A stretch of DNA of 64,000 nucleotides from the human T2T-CHM13v2.0 reference genome, Homo sapiens. This document shows positions 25,741 to 39,801 of this stretch, in pieces. Under the pieces are notes generated by a model. It saw only the letters and a program-made list of their open reading frames with translations. It did not search any database and had not been told where the DNA came from. Within the stretch, counting starts at the first letter, position 1, and the number at the start of each line of letters is the position of its first letter. Where the stretch lies: assembly GCF_009914755.1 (NCBI RefSeq), contig NC_060926.1; one strand, written 5' to 3'. Made by a program: the position numbers and the translations under genes.

Positions 25741-28700
25741 GAGTTGAACCTTTCTTTGGAGAGAGTAGTTTTGAAACACTCTTTTTGTGGAATCTGCAAG
25801 TGGATATTTGTCTAGTTTTGAGGATTGCGTTGGAAACGGTATTACATATAAAAAGCAGACAGCAGCATTCCCAGAAACTTCTTTGTGATATTTGCATTGA
25901 AGTCACAGACTTGAACATTCCGTTTCATAGAGCAGGTTTGAAACACTCTTTTTGTAGTATCTGGATGTGGACATTTGGAGCGCTTTCAGGCCTATGGTGA
26001 AAAAGGAAATATCTTCCCCTGAAAACTAGACAGAAACATTCTCAGAAACTTATTTGTGATGTGCGCCCTCAACTAACAGTGTTGAAGCTTTCTTTTGATA
26101 GAGCAGTTTTGAAACACTCTTTTTGTAAAATCTGCAAGAGGATATTTGGATAGCTTTGAGGATTTCGTTGGAAACGGGATTGTCTTCATATACAATCTAG
26201 ACAGAAGCATTCTCAGAAGCTTCATTGGGATGTTTCAATTGAAGTCACAGTGTTGAACACTCATTTTCGTAGAGCAGGATTGAAACACTCTTTTTGTAAT
26301 ATCTGGAAGTGGACATTTGGAGCGTTCTCAGGACTATGGTGAAAAAGGAAATAACTTCCAATAAAAGCTAGATAGAAGCAATGTCAGAAACTTTTTCATG
26401 ATGTATCTACTCAGCTAAGAGAGTTGAACCTTTCTTTTGAGAGAGCCGTTTTGAAACACTCTTTTTGTGGAATCTGCAAGTGGATATTTGTCTAGCTTTG
26501 AGGATTTCGTTGGAAACGGGATTACATATAAAAAGCAGACAGCAGCATTCCCAGAAACTTCTTTGTGATGTTTGCATTCAAGTCACAGAGTTGAACATTC
26601 CCTTTCATAGAGCAGGTTTGAAACACTCTTTTTGTAGTATCTGGATGTGGACATTTGGAGCGCTTTCAGGCCTATGGTGAAAAAGGAAATATCTTCCCCT
26701 GAAAACTAGACAGAAGCATTCTCAGAAACTTATTTGTGATGTGCGCCCTCAACTAACAGTGTTAAACCTTTCTTTTGATAGAGTAGTTTTGAAACACTCT
26801 TTGTAAAATCTGCAAGAGGATATTTGGATAGCTTTGAGGATTTCTTTGGAAACGGGATTGTCTTCATATAAAATCTAGACAAAAGCATTCTCAGAAGCTT
26901 CATTGGGATGTTTCAATTGAAGTCACAGTGTTGAACAGTCCCTTTCATAGAGCATGTTTGAAACACTCTTTTTGTAGTATCTGGAAGTTGACATTTGGAG
27001 CGTTTTCAGGACTACGGTGAAAAAGGAAATATCTTCCAAATAAAGCTAGATAGAAGCAATGTCAGAAAATTTTTCATTATGTATCTACTCAGCTAACAGA
27101 ATTTAACCTTTCTTTTGAGAGAGAAGTTTTGAAACACTCTTTTTGTGGAATCTGCAAGTGGATATTTGTCTAGGTTTGAGGATTTCGTTGGAAACCGTAT
27201 TACATATGAAAAGCAGACAGCAGCATTCCCAGAAACTTCTTTGTCATGTTTGCATTCAAGTCACAGAGTTGAACATTCCCTTTCATAGAGCAGGTTTGAA
27301 ACACTCTTTTTGTAGTATCTGGATGTGGACATTTGGAGCGCTTTCAGGCCTATGGTGAAAAAGGAAATATCTTCCCCTGAAAACTAGACAGAAGCATTCT
27401 CAGAAACTTATTTGTGATGTGCACCCTCAACTAACAGTGTTGAAGCTTTCTTTTGACAGAGCAGTTTGAAACACTCTTTTTGTAAAATCTGCAAGAGGAT
27501 ATTTGGATTGCTTTGAGGATTTCGGAGGAAATGGGATTGTCTTCATATAAACTCTAGACAGTAGCATTCTCAGAAGCTTCATTGGGATGTTTCAATTGAA
27601 GTCACAGTGTTGAACAGTCCGTTTCATAGAGCAGGTTTGAAACACTCTTTTTGTAGTATCTGGAAGTGGACATTTGGAGCGCTCTCAGGACTACGGTGAA
27701 AAAGGAAATATCTTCCAATAAAAGCTAGATAGAAGCAATGTCAGAAACTTTTTCATGATGTATCTACTCAGCTAACAGAGTTGAACCTTTTTTTTGAGAG
27801 AGCAGTTTTGAAACACTCTTTTTGTTCGATCTGCAGGTGGATATTTGTCTAGGTTTGAGGATTTCGTTGGAAACGGGATTACATATAAAAAACAGACAGC
27901 AGCATTCCCAGAAACTTCTTTGTGATGTTTGCATTCAAGTCACAGAGTTGAACATTCCCTTTCATAGAGCAGGTTTGAAACACTATTTTTGTAGTATCTG
28001 GATGTGGACATTTGGAGCGCTCTCAGGCCTATGGTGAAAAAGGAAATATCTTCCCCTGCAAACTAGACAGAAGCATTCTCAGAAACTTATTTGTGATGTG
28101 CGCCCTCAACTAACAATGTTGAACCTTTCTGTTGATAGAGTAGTTTTGAAACACTCTTTTTGTAAAATCTGCAAGAGGATATTTGGATAGCTTTGAGGAT
28201 TTCGTTGGAAACGGGATTGTCTTCATATTAACCCTAGACAGTAGCATTCTCAGAAGGTTCATTGTGATGTTTCAATTGAAGTCACAGTGTTGAACAGTCA
28301 CTTTCATAGAGCAGGTTTGAAACACTCTTTTTGTAGCATCTGGAAGTGGACATTTGGAGCGCTCTCAGGACTACGGTGAAAAAGGAAATATCTTCCAATA
28401 AAAGCTAGATAGAAGCAATGTCAGAAACTTTTTCATGATGTATCTACTCTGCTAAAAGAGTTGAACATTTCTTTTCTGAGAGCAGTTTTGAAACACTATT
28501 TTTGTGGAATCTGCAAGTGGATATTTGTCTAGCTTTGAGGATTCCGTTGGAAACGGGATTACATAGAAAAAGCAGACAGCAGCATTCCCAGAAACTTCTT
28601 TGTGAAATTTGCATTCAAGTCACAGACTTGAACATTCCCTTTCATAGAGCAGGTTTGAAACACTCTTTTTGTAGTATCTGGATGTGGACGTTTGGAGCGC

Positions 28701-31700
28701 TTTCAGGCCTATGGTGAAAAAGGAAATATCTTCCCCTGAAAACTAGACAGAAGCATTCTCAGAAACTTATTTGTGATGTGCGCCCTCAACTAACAGTGTT
28801 GAACCTTTCTTTTGATAGAGTAGTTTTGAAACACTCTTTTTGTAAAATCTGCAAGAGGATATTTGGATAGCTTTGAGTATTTCGTTGGAAACGGGATTGT
28901 CTTCATATAAACTCTAGACAGTAGCATTCTGAGAAGCTTCATTGGGATGTTTCAATTGAAGTCACAGTGTTGAACAGTCCATTTCATAGAGCAGGTTTGA
29001 AACTCTCTTTTTGTAGCATCTGGAAGTGGACATTTGGAGCGCTCTCAGGACTACGGTGAAAAAGGAAATATCTTCCAATAAAAGTTAGATAGAAGCAATG
29101 TGAGAAACTTTTTCATGATGTATCTACTCAGCTAAAAGAGTTGAACCTTTCTTTTGAGAGAGCAGTTTTGAAACACTCTTTTTGTGGAATCTGCAAGTGG
29201 ATATTTGTCTAGCTTTGAGGATTTCTTTGGAAACGGGATTACATATAAAAAGCAGACAGCAGCATTCCCAGAAACTTCTTTGTGATGTTTGCATTCAAGT
29301 CACAGAGTTGAACATTCCCTTTCATAGAGCAGGTTTGAAACACTCTTTTTGTAGTATCTGGATGTGGACATTTGGAGCGCTCTCAGGCCTATGGTGAAAA
29401 AGGAAATATCTTCCTCTGAAAACTAGACAGAAGCATTCTCAGAAAGTTATTTGTGATGTGCGCCCTCAACTAACAGTGTTGAACTTTTCTTTTGATAGAG
29501 CAGTTTTGAAACACTCTTTTTGTAAAATCTGCAAGAGGATATTTGGATAGCTTTGAGGATTTCGTTGGAAACGGGATTGTCTTCATATAAAATCTAGACA
29601 GAAGCATTCTCAGAAGCTTCATTGGGATGTTTCAATTGAAGTCACAGTGTTGAACAGTCCCTTTCATAGAGCATGTTTGAAACAATCTTTTTGTAGTATC
29701 TGGAAGTGGACATTTGGAGCGCTCTCAGGACTACGGTGAAAAAGGAAATATCTTCCAAATAAAGCTAGATAGAAGCAATGTCAGAAAATTTTTCATGATG
29801 TATCTATTCAGCTAACAGAGTTGAACCTTTCTTTTGACAGAGCAGTTTTGAAACACTCTTTTTGTGGAATCTGCAAGTGGATATTTGTCTAGCTTTGAGG
29901 ATTTCGTTGGAAACGGGATTACATATAAAAAGCAGACAGCAGCATTCCCAGAAACTTCTTTGTGATATTTGCATTCAAGTCACAGACTTGAACATTCCCT
30001 TTCATAGAGCAGGTTTGAAACACTCTTTTTGTAGTATCTGGATGTGGACATTTGGAGCGCTTTCCGGCCTATGGTGAAAAAGGAAATATCTTCCCCTGAA
30101 AACTAGACAGAAGCATTCTCAGAAACTTAATTGTGATGTGCGCCCTCAACTAACAGTGTTGAAGCTTTCTTTTGATAGAGCAGTTTTGAAACACTCTTTT
30201 TGTAAAATCTGCAAGAGGATATTTGGATAGCTTTGAGGATTTCGTTGGAAACGGGATTGTCTTCATATACAATCTAGACAGAAGCATTCTCAGAAGCTTC
30301 ATTGGGATGTTTCAATTGAAGTTACAGTGTTGAACACTCCCTTTCGTAGAGCAGGTTTGAAACACTCTTTTTGTAATATCTGGAAGTGGACATTTGGAGC
30401 GTTCTCAGGACTATGGTGAAAAAGGAAATAACTTCCAATAAAAGCTAGATAGAAGCAATGTCAGAAACTTTTTCATGATGTATCTACTCAGCTAACAGAG
30501 TTGAACCTTTCTTTTGAGAGAGCCGTTTTGAAACACTCTTTTTGTGGAATCTGCAAGTGGATATTTGTCTAGCTTTGAGGATTTCGTTGAAAACGGGATT
30601 ACATATAAAAAGCAGACAGCAGCATTCCCAGAAACTTCTTTGTGATGTTTGCATTCAAGTCACAGAGTTGAACATTCCCTTTCATAGAGCAGGTTTGAAA
30701 CACTCTTTTTGTAGTATCTGGATGTGGACATTTGGAGCGCTTTCAGGCCTATGGTGAAAAAGGAAATATCTTCCCCTGAAAACTAGACAGAAGCATTCTC
30801 AGAAACTTATTTGTGATGTGCGCCCTCAACTAACAGTGTTAAACCTTTCTTTTGATAGAGTAGTTTTGAAACACTCTTTGTAAAATCTGCAAGAGGATAT
30901 TTTGATAGCTTTGAGGATTTCTTTGGAAACGGGATTGTCTTCATATAAAATCTAGACAAAAGCATTCTCAGAAGCTTCATTGGGATGTTTCAATTGAAGT
31001 CACAGTGTTGAACAGTCCCTTTCATAGAGCATGTTTGAAACACTCTTTTTGTAGTATCTGGAAGTTGACATTTGGAGCATTTTCAGGACTACGGTGAAAA
31101 AGGAAATATCTTCCAAATAAAGCTAGATAGAAGCAATGTCAGAAAATTTTTCATGATGTATCTACTCAGCTAACAGAATTTAACCTTTCTTTTGAGAGAG
31201 AAGTTTTGAAACACTCTTTTTGTGGAATCTGCAAGTGGATATTTGTCTAGGTTTGAGGATTTCGTTGGAAACCGGATTACATATGAAAAGCAGACAGCAG
31301 CATTCCCAGAAACTTCTTTGTGATGTTTGCATTCAAGTCACAGAGTTGAACATTCCCTTTCATAGAGCAGGTTTGAAACACTCTTTTTGTAGTATCTGGA
31401 TGTGGACATTTGGAGCGCTTTCAGGCCTATGGTGAAAAAGGAAATATCTTCCCCTGAAAACTAGACAGAAGCATTCTCAGAAACTTATTTGTGATGTGCA
31501 CCCTCAACTAACAGTGTTGAAGCTTTCTTTTGACAGAGCAGTTTGAAACACTCTTTTTGTAAAATCTGCAAGAGGATATTTGGATTGCTTTGAGGATTTC
31601 GGAGGAAATGGGATTGTCTTCATATAAACTCTAGACAGTAGCATTCTCAGAAGCTTCATTGGGATGTTTCAATTGAAGTCACGGTGTTGAACAGTCCGTT

Positions 31701-33540
31701 TCATAGAGCAGGTTTGAAACACTCTTTTTGTAGTATCTGGAAGTGGACATTTGGAGCGCTCTCAGGACTACGGTGAAAAAGGAAATATCTTCCAATAAAA
31801 GCTAGATAGAAGCAATGTCAGAAACTTTTTCATGATGTATCTACTCAGCTAACAGAGTTGAACCTTTTTTTTGAGAGAGCAGTTTTGAAACACTCTTTTT
31901 GTTCGATCTGCAGGTGGATATTTGTCTAGGTTTGAGGATTTCGTTGGAAACGGGATTACATATAAAAAACAGACAGCAGCATTCCCAGAAACTTCTTTTT
32001 GATGTTTGCATTCAAGTCACAGAGTTGAACATTCCCTTTCATAGAGCAGGTTTGAAACACTATTTTTGTAGTATCTGGATGTGGACATTTGGAGCGCTCT
32101 CAGGCCTATGGTGAAAAAGGAAATATCTTCCCCTGCAAACTAGACAGAAGCATTCTCAGAAACTTATTTGTGATGTGCGCCCTCAACTAACAATGTTGAA
32201 CCTTTCTGTTGATAGAGTAGTTTTGAAACACTCTTTTTGTAAAATCTGCAAGAGGATATTTGGATAGCTTTGAGGATTTCGTTGGAAACGGGATTGTCTT
32301 CATATTAACCCTAGACAGTAGCATTCTCAGAAGGTTCATTGGGATGTTTCAATTGAAGTCACAGTGTTGAACAGTCACTTTCATAGAGCAGGTTTGAAAC
32401 ACTCTTTTTGTAGCATCTGGAAGTGGACATTTGGAGCGCTCTCAGGACTACGGTGAAAAAGGAAATATCTTCCAATAAAAGCTAGATAGAAGCAATGTCA
32501 GAAACTTTTTCATGATGTATCTACTCAGCTAAAAGAGTTGAACCTTTCTTTTCTGAGAGCAGTTTTGAAACACTATTTTTGTGGAATCTGCAAGTGGATA
32601 TTTGTCTAGCTTTGAGGATTCCGTTGGAAACGGGATTACATAGAAAAAGCAGACAGCAGCATTCCCAGAAACTTCTTTGTGAAATTTGCATTCAAGTCAC
32701 AGACTTGAACATTCCCTTTCATAGAGCAGGTTTGAAACACTCTTTTTGTAGTATCTGGATGTGGACGTTTGGAGCGCTTTCAGGCCTATGGTGAAAAAGG
32801 AAATATCTTCCCCTGAAAACTAGACAGAAGCATTCTCAGAAACTTATTTGTGATGTGCGCCCTCAACTAACAGTGTTGAACCTTTCTTTTGATAGAGTAG
32901 TTTTGAAACACTCTTTTTGTAAAATCTGCAAGAGGATATTTGGATAGCTTTGAGTATTTCGTTGGAAACGGGATTGTCTTCATATAAACTCTAGACAGTA
33001 GCATTCTGAGAAGCTTCATTGGGATGTTTCAATTGAAGTCACAGTGTTGAACAGTCCCTTTCATAGAGCAGGTTTGAAACACTCTTTTTGTAGCATCTGG
33101 AAGTGGACATTTGGAGCGCTCTCAGGACTACGGTGAAAAAGGAAATATCTTCCAATAAAAGCTAGATAGAAGCAATGTGAGAAACTTTTTCATGATGTAT
33201 CTACTCAGCTAAAAGAGTTGAACCTTTCTTTGGAGAGAGTAGTTTTGAAACACTCTTTTTGTGGAATCTGCAAGTGGATATTTGTCTAGTTTTGAGGATT
33301 GCGTTGGAAACGGTATTACATATAAAAAGCAGACAGCAGCATTCCCAGAAACTTCTTTGTGATATTTGCATTGAAGTCACAGACTTGAACATTCCGTTTC
33401 ATAGAGCAGGTTTGAAACACTCTTTTTGTAGTATCTGGATGTGGACATTTGGAGCGCTTTCAGGCCTATGGTGAAAAAGGAAATATCTTCCCCTGAAAAC
33501 TAGACAGAAACATTCTCAGAAACTTATTTGTGATGTGCGC
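18590..33540 (+). repeat. Near-perfect tandem duplication of an 11-HOR block (7474 bp)
   Basis: All ORF variants from 18991 to 25785 recur identically at +7474 (26465 to 33259), as do rare alleles (aacactcattttcgtagagcaggatt ~18782/26256; aggttcattgtgatg ~20781/28255). The junction lies between 26037 and 26086. Confidence 0.93.
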
Positions 33541-36500
33541 CCTCAACTAACAGTGTTGAACCTTTCTTTTGATAGAGCAGTTTTGATACACTCTTTTTGT
33601 AAAATCCGCAAGAGGATATTTGGATAGCTTTGAGGATTTCGTTGGAAACGGGATTGTCTTCATATAGAATCTAGACAGAATCATTCTCAGAAGCTTCATT
33701 GGGATGTTTCAATTGAAGTCACAGTGTTGAACAGTCCCTTTCATAGAGCAGATTTGAAACACTCTTTTTGTAGTATCTGGAAGTGGACATTTGGAGCGTT
33801 CTCAGGACTACAGTGAAAAAGGAAATATCTTCCAATAAAAGCTAGATAGAAGCAATGTCAGAAAATTTTTCATGATGTATCTACTCAGCTAACAGGGTTG
33901 AACCTTTCTTTTGAGAGAGCAGTTTTGAAACACTCTTTTTGTGGAATCTGCAAGTGGATATTTGTCTAGCTTTGAGGATTGCGTTGGAAACATGATTACA
34001 TATAAAAAGCAGACAGCAGCATTCCCAGAAACTTCTTTGTGATATTTGCATTCAAGTCACAGACTTGAACTTTCCCTTCCATAGAGCGGGTTTGAAACAC
34101 TCTTTTTGTAGTATCTGGATGTGGACATTTGGAGCGCTTTCAGGCCTATGGTGAAAAAGGAAATATCTTCCCCTGAAAACTAGACAGTAGCATTCTCAGA
34201 AACTTATTTGTGATGTGCGCCCTCAACTAACAGTGTTAAACCTTTCTTTTGATAGAGTAGTTTTGAAACACTCTTTTTGTAAAATCTGCAAGAGGATATT
34301 TGGATAGCTTTGAGGATTTCGTTGGAAACGGGATTGTCTTCATATAAACTCTAGACAGTAGCATTCTCAGAAGCTTCATTGGGATGTTTCAACTGAAGTC
34401 ACAGTGTTGAACAGTCCCTTTCATAGAGCAGGTTTGAAACACTCTTTTTGTAGTATCTGGAAGTGGACATTTGGAGCGCTCTCAGGACTACGGTGAAAAA
34501 GGAAATATCTTCCAATAAAAGCTAGATAGAAGCAATGTCAGAAACTTTTTCATGATGTATCTACTCAGCTAACAGAGTTGAACCTTTCTTTTGAGAGAGC
34601 AGTTTTGAAACACTCTTTTTGTGGAATCTGCAAGTGGATATTTGTCTAGCTTTGAGGATTTCGTTGGAAACGGGATTACATATAAAAAGCAGACAGCAGC
34701 ATTCCCAGAAACTTCTTTGTGATGTTTGCATTCAAGTCACAGAGTTGAACATTCCCTTTCATAGAGCAGGTTTGAAACACTCTTTTTGTAGTATCTGGAT
34801 GTGGACATTTGGAGCGCTTTCAGGCCTATGGTGAAAAAGGAAATATCTTCCACTGAAAACTAGACAGAAGTAGTCTCAGAAACTTATTTGTGATGTGCGC
34901 CCTCAACTAACAGTGTTGAAGCTTTCTTTTGATAGAGCAGTTTTGAAACATTCTTTTTGTAAAATCTGCAAGAGGATATTTGGATAGCTTTGAGGATTTC
35001 GTTGGAAACGGGATTGTCTTCATATTAACCCTAGACAGTAGCATTCTCAGAAGCTTCATTGGGATGTTTCAATTGAAGTCACAGTGTTGAACAGTCCCTT
35101 TCATAGAGCAGGTTTGAAAAACTCTTTTTGTAGCATCTGGAAGTGGACATTTGGAGCGTTCTCAGGACTACGGTGAAAAAGGAAATATCTTCCAATAAAA
35201 GCTAGATAGAAGCAATGTCAGAAACTTTTTCATGATGTATCTACTCAGCTAAAAGAGTTGAACCTTTCTTTTGAGAGAGCAGTTTTGAAACACTATTTTT
35301 GTGGAATCTGCAAGTGGATATTTGTCTAGCTTTGAGGATTTCGTTGGAAACGGGATTACATATAAAAAGCAGACAGCAGCATTCCCAGAAACTTCTTTGT
35401 GAAATTTGCATTCAAGTCACAGACTTGAACATTCCCTTTCACAGAGCAGGTTTGAAACAGTCTTTTTGTAGTATCTGGATGTGGACATTTGGAGCGCTTT
35501 CAGGCCTATGGTGAAAAAGGAAATATCTTCCCCTGAAAGCTAGACAGAAGCATTCTCAGAAACTTATTTGTGATGTGCTCCCTCAACTAACAGTGTTAAA
35601 CCTTTCTATTGATAGAGCAGTTTTGAAACACTCTTTTTGTAAAATCTGCAAGAGGATATTTGGATAGCTTTGAGGATTTCGTTGGAAACGGGATTGTCTT
35701 CATATAAAATCTAGACAGAAGCATTCTCAGAAGCTTCATTGGGATGTTTCAATTGAAGTCACAGTGTTGAACAGTCCCTTTCATAGAGCAGGTTTGAAAC
35801 ACTCTTTTTGTAGTATCTGGAAGTGGACATTTGGAGCGTTCTCAGGACTACAGTGAAAAAGGAAATATCTTCCAATAAAAGCTAGATAGAAGCAATGTCA
35901 GAAAATTTTTCATGATGTATCTACTCAGCTAACAGAGTTGAACCTTTCTTTTGAGAGAGCAGGTTGGAAACACTCTTTTTGTGGAATCTGCAAGTGGATA
36001 TTTGTCTAGCTTTGAGGATTGAGTTTGAAACGGGGTTACATATAAAAAGCAGACAGCAGCATTCCCAGAAAGTTCTTTGTGAAATTTGCATTCAAGTCAC
36101 GGACTTGAACATTCCCTTTCATAGAGCAGGTTTGAAACACTCTTTTTGTAGTATCTGGATGTGGACATTTGGAGCGCTTTCAGGCCTATGATGAAAAAGG
36201 AAATATCTTCCCCTGAAAACTAGGCAGAAGCATTCTCAGAAACTTATTTGTGATGTGCGCCCTCAACTAACAGTGTTGAACCTTTCTTTTGATAGAGCAG
36301 TTTTGAAACACTCTTTTTGTAAAATCTGCAAGAGGATATTTGGATAGCTTTGAGGATTTCGTTGGAAACGGGATTGTCTTCATATAAACTCTAGACAGTA
36401 GCATTCTCAGAAGCTTCATTGGGATGTTTCAATTGAAGTCACAGTGTTGAACAGTCCCTTTCATAGAGCAGGTTTGAAACACTCTTTTTGTAGCATCTGG

Positions 36501-38779
36501 AAGTGGACATTTGGAGCGTTCTCAGGACTATGGTGAAAAAGGAAATATCTTCCAATAAAAGCTAGATAGAAGCAATGTCAGAAAATTGTTCATGATGTAT
36601 CTATTCAGCTAACAGAGTTGAACTTTTCTTTTGAGAGAGCAGTTTTGAAACACTCTTTTTGTGGAATCTGCAAGTGGATATTTGTCTAGCTTTGAGGATT
36701 TCGTTGGAAACGGGATTACATATAAAAAGCAGACAGCAGCATTCCCAGAAACTTCTTTGTGATGTTTGCATTCAAGTCACAGAGTTGAACATTCCCTTTC
36801 ATAGAGCAGGTTTGAAACACTCTTTTTGTAGTATCAGGATTTGGACATTTGGAGCCCTGTCAGGCCTATGGTGAAAAAGGAAATATCTTCCACTGAAAAC
36901 TAGACAGAAGTATTCTCAGAAACTTATTTGTGATGTGCGCCCTCAACTAACAGTGTTGAAGCTTTCTTTTGATAGAGCAGTTTTGAAACATTCTTTTTGT
37001 AAAATCTGCAAGAGGATATTTGGATAGCTTTGAGGATTTCGTTGGAAACGGGATTGTCTTCATATTAACCCTAGACAGTAGCATTCTCAGAAGCTTCATT
37101 GGGATGTTTCAATTGAAGTCACAGTGTTGAACATTCCCTTTCATAGAGCAGGTTTGAAACACTCTTTTTGTAGTATCTGGAAGTGGACATTTGGAGCGTT
37201 CTCAGGACTACGGTGCAAAAGGAAATATCTTCCAATAAAAGCTAGATAGAAGCAATATCAGAAACTTTTTCATGATGTATCTACTCAGCTAAAAGAGTTG
37301 AACCTTTCTTTTGCGAGAGCAGTTTTGAAACACTCTTTTTGTGGAATCTGCAAGTGGATATTTGTCTAGCTTTGAGGATTGCGTTGGAAACGGGATTACA
37401 TATAAAAAGCAGACAGCAGCATTCCCAGAAAGTTCTTTGTGAAATTTGCATTCAAGTCACGGACTTGAACATTCCCTTTCATAGAGCAGGTTTGAAACAC
37501 TCTTTTTGTAGTATCTGGATGTGGACATTTGGAGCGCTTTCAGGCCTATGATGAAAAAGGAAATATCTTCCCCTGAAAACTAGGCAGAAGCATTCTCAGA
37601 AACTTATTTGTGATGTGCGCCCTCAACTAACAGTGTTGAACCTTTCTTTTGAAAGAGCAGTTTTGAAACACTCTTTTTGTAAAATCTGCAATAGGATATT
37701 TGGATAGTTTTGAGGATTTCTTTGGAAACGGGATTGTCTTCATATAGAATCTAGACAGAAGCATTCTCAGAAGCTTCATTGGGATGTTTCAATTGAAGTC
37801 ACAGTGTTGAACAGTCCCTTTCATAGAGCAGGTTTGAAACACTGTTTTTGTAGTATCTGGAGGTGGACATTTGGAGCGTTCTCAGGACTACAGTGGAAAA
37901 GGAAATATCTTCCAATAAAAGCTAGATAGAAGCAGTGTCAGAAAATTTTTCATGATGTATCTACTCAGCTAACAGAGTTGAACCTTTCTTTTGAGAGAGC
38001 AGTTTTGAAACACTCTTTTTGTGGAATCTGCAAGTGGATATTTGTCTAGGTTTGAGGATTGCGTTTGAAACGGGATTACATATAAAAAGCAGACAGCAGC
38101 ATTCCCAGAAACTTCTTGGTGATATTTGCATTCAAGTCACAGACTTGAACATTCCCTTTCATAGAGCAGGTTTGAAACACTCTTTTTGTAGTATCTGGAT
38201 GTGGACATTTGGAGAGCTTTCAGGCCTATGGTGAAAAAGGAAATATCTTCCCCTGAAAGCTAGACAGAAGCATTCTCAGAAACATATTTGTGATGTGCGC
38301 CCTCAACTAACAGTGTTAAACCTTTCTATTGATAGAGTAGTTTTGAGACACTCTTTTTGTAAAATCTGCAAGAGGATATTTGGATAGCTTTGAGGATTTC
38401 TTTGGAAACGGGATTGTCTTCATATAAAATCTAGACAGAAGCATTCTCAGAAGCTTCATTGGGATGTTTCAATTGAAGTCACAGTGTTGAACAGTCCCTT
38501 TCATAGAGCAGGTTTGAAACACTCTTTTTGTAGTATCTGGAAGTGGACATTTGGAGCGTTCTCAGGACTACGGTGAAAAAGGAAATATCTTCCAATAAAA
38601 GCTAGATAGAAGCAATGTCAGAAAATTTTTCATGATGTATCTACTCAGCTAACAGAGTTGAACCTTTCTTTTGAGAGAGCAGTTTTGAAACACTCTTTTT
38701 GTGGAATCTGCAAGTGGATATTTGTCTAGCTTTGAGGATTTCGTTGGAAACGGGATTACGTATAAAAAGCAGACAGCAG

Positions 38780-39801
38780 CATTCCCAGAAACTTCTTTGT
38801 GATGTTTGCATTGAAGTCACAGGGTTGAACATTCCCTTTCATAGAGCAGGTTTGAAACACTCTTTTTGTAGTATCTGTATTTGGACATTTGGAGCGCTTT
38901 CAGGCCTATGGTGAAAAAGGAAATATCTTCCACTGAAAACTAGACAGAAGTAGTCTCAGAAACTTATTTGTGATGTGCGCCCTCAACTAACAGTGTTGAA
39001 GCTTTCTTTTGATAGAGCAGTTTTGAAACATTCTTTTTGTAAAATCTGCAAGAGGATATTTGGATAGCTTTGAGGATTTCGTTGGAAACGGGATTGTCTT
39101 CATATTAACCCTAGACAGTAGCATTCTCAGAAGCTTCATTAGGATGTTTCAATTGAAGTCACAGTGTTGAACATTCCCTTTCATAGAGCAGGTTTGAAAC
39201 ACTCTTTTTGTAGTATCTGGAAGTGGACATTTGGAGCGCTTTCAGGCCTATGGTGAAAAAGGAAATATTTTCCACTGAAAACTAGACAGAAGTAGTCTCA
39301 GAAACTTATTTGTGATGTGCGCCCTCAACTAACAGTGTTGAAGCTTTCTTTTGATAGAGCAGTTTTGAAACATTCTTTTTGTAAAATCTGCAAGAGGATA
39401 TTTGGATAGCTTTGAGGATTTCGTTGGAAACGGGATTGTCTTCATATTAACCCTAGACAGTAGCATTCTCAGAAGCTTCATTGGGATGTTTAAATTGAAG
39501 TCACAGTGTTGAACAGTCCCTTTCATAGAGCAGGTTTGAAACAGTCTTTTTGTAGCATCTGGAAGTGGACATTTGGAGCGTTCTCAGGACTACGGTGAAA
39601 AAGGAAATATCTTCCAATAAAAGCTAGAGAGAAGCAATGTCAGAAACTTTTTCAGGATGTATCTACTCAGCTAAAAGAGTTGAAACTTTCTTTTGAGAGA
39701 GGAGTTTTGAAACACTATTTTTGTGGAATCTGCAAGTGGATATTTGTCTAGCTTTGAGGATTTCGTTGGAAACGGGATTACATATAAAAAGCAGACAGCA
39801 G
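38780..39801 (+). repeat. 1022-bp hexamer HOR variant (monomers 1, 2, 3/1 hybrid, 2, 3, 4)
   Basis: Monomer 3 switches to a monomer-1 tail between 39223 and 39240 (gaagtggacatttggagcgct|ttcaggcctatgg). The variant cactgaaaactagacagaagtagtctc occurs at both 38931 and 39273, 342 bp apart. Confidence 0.92.
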
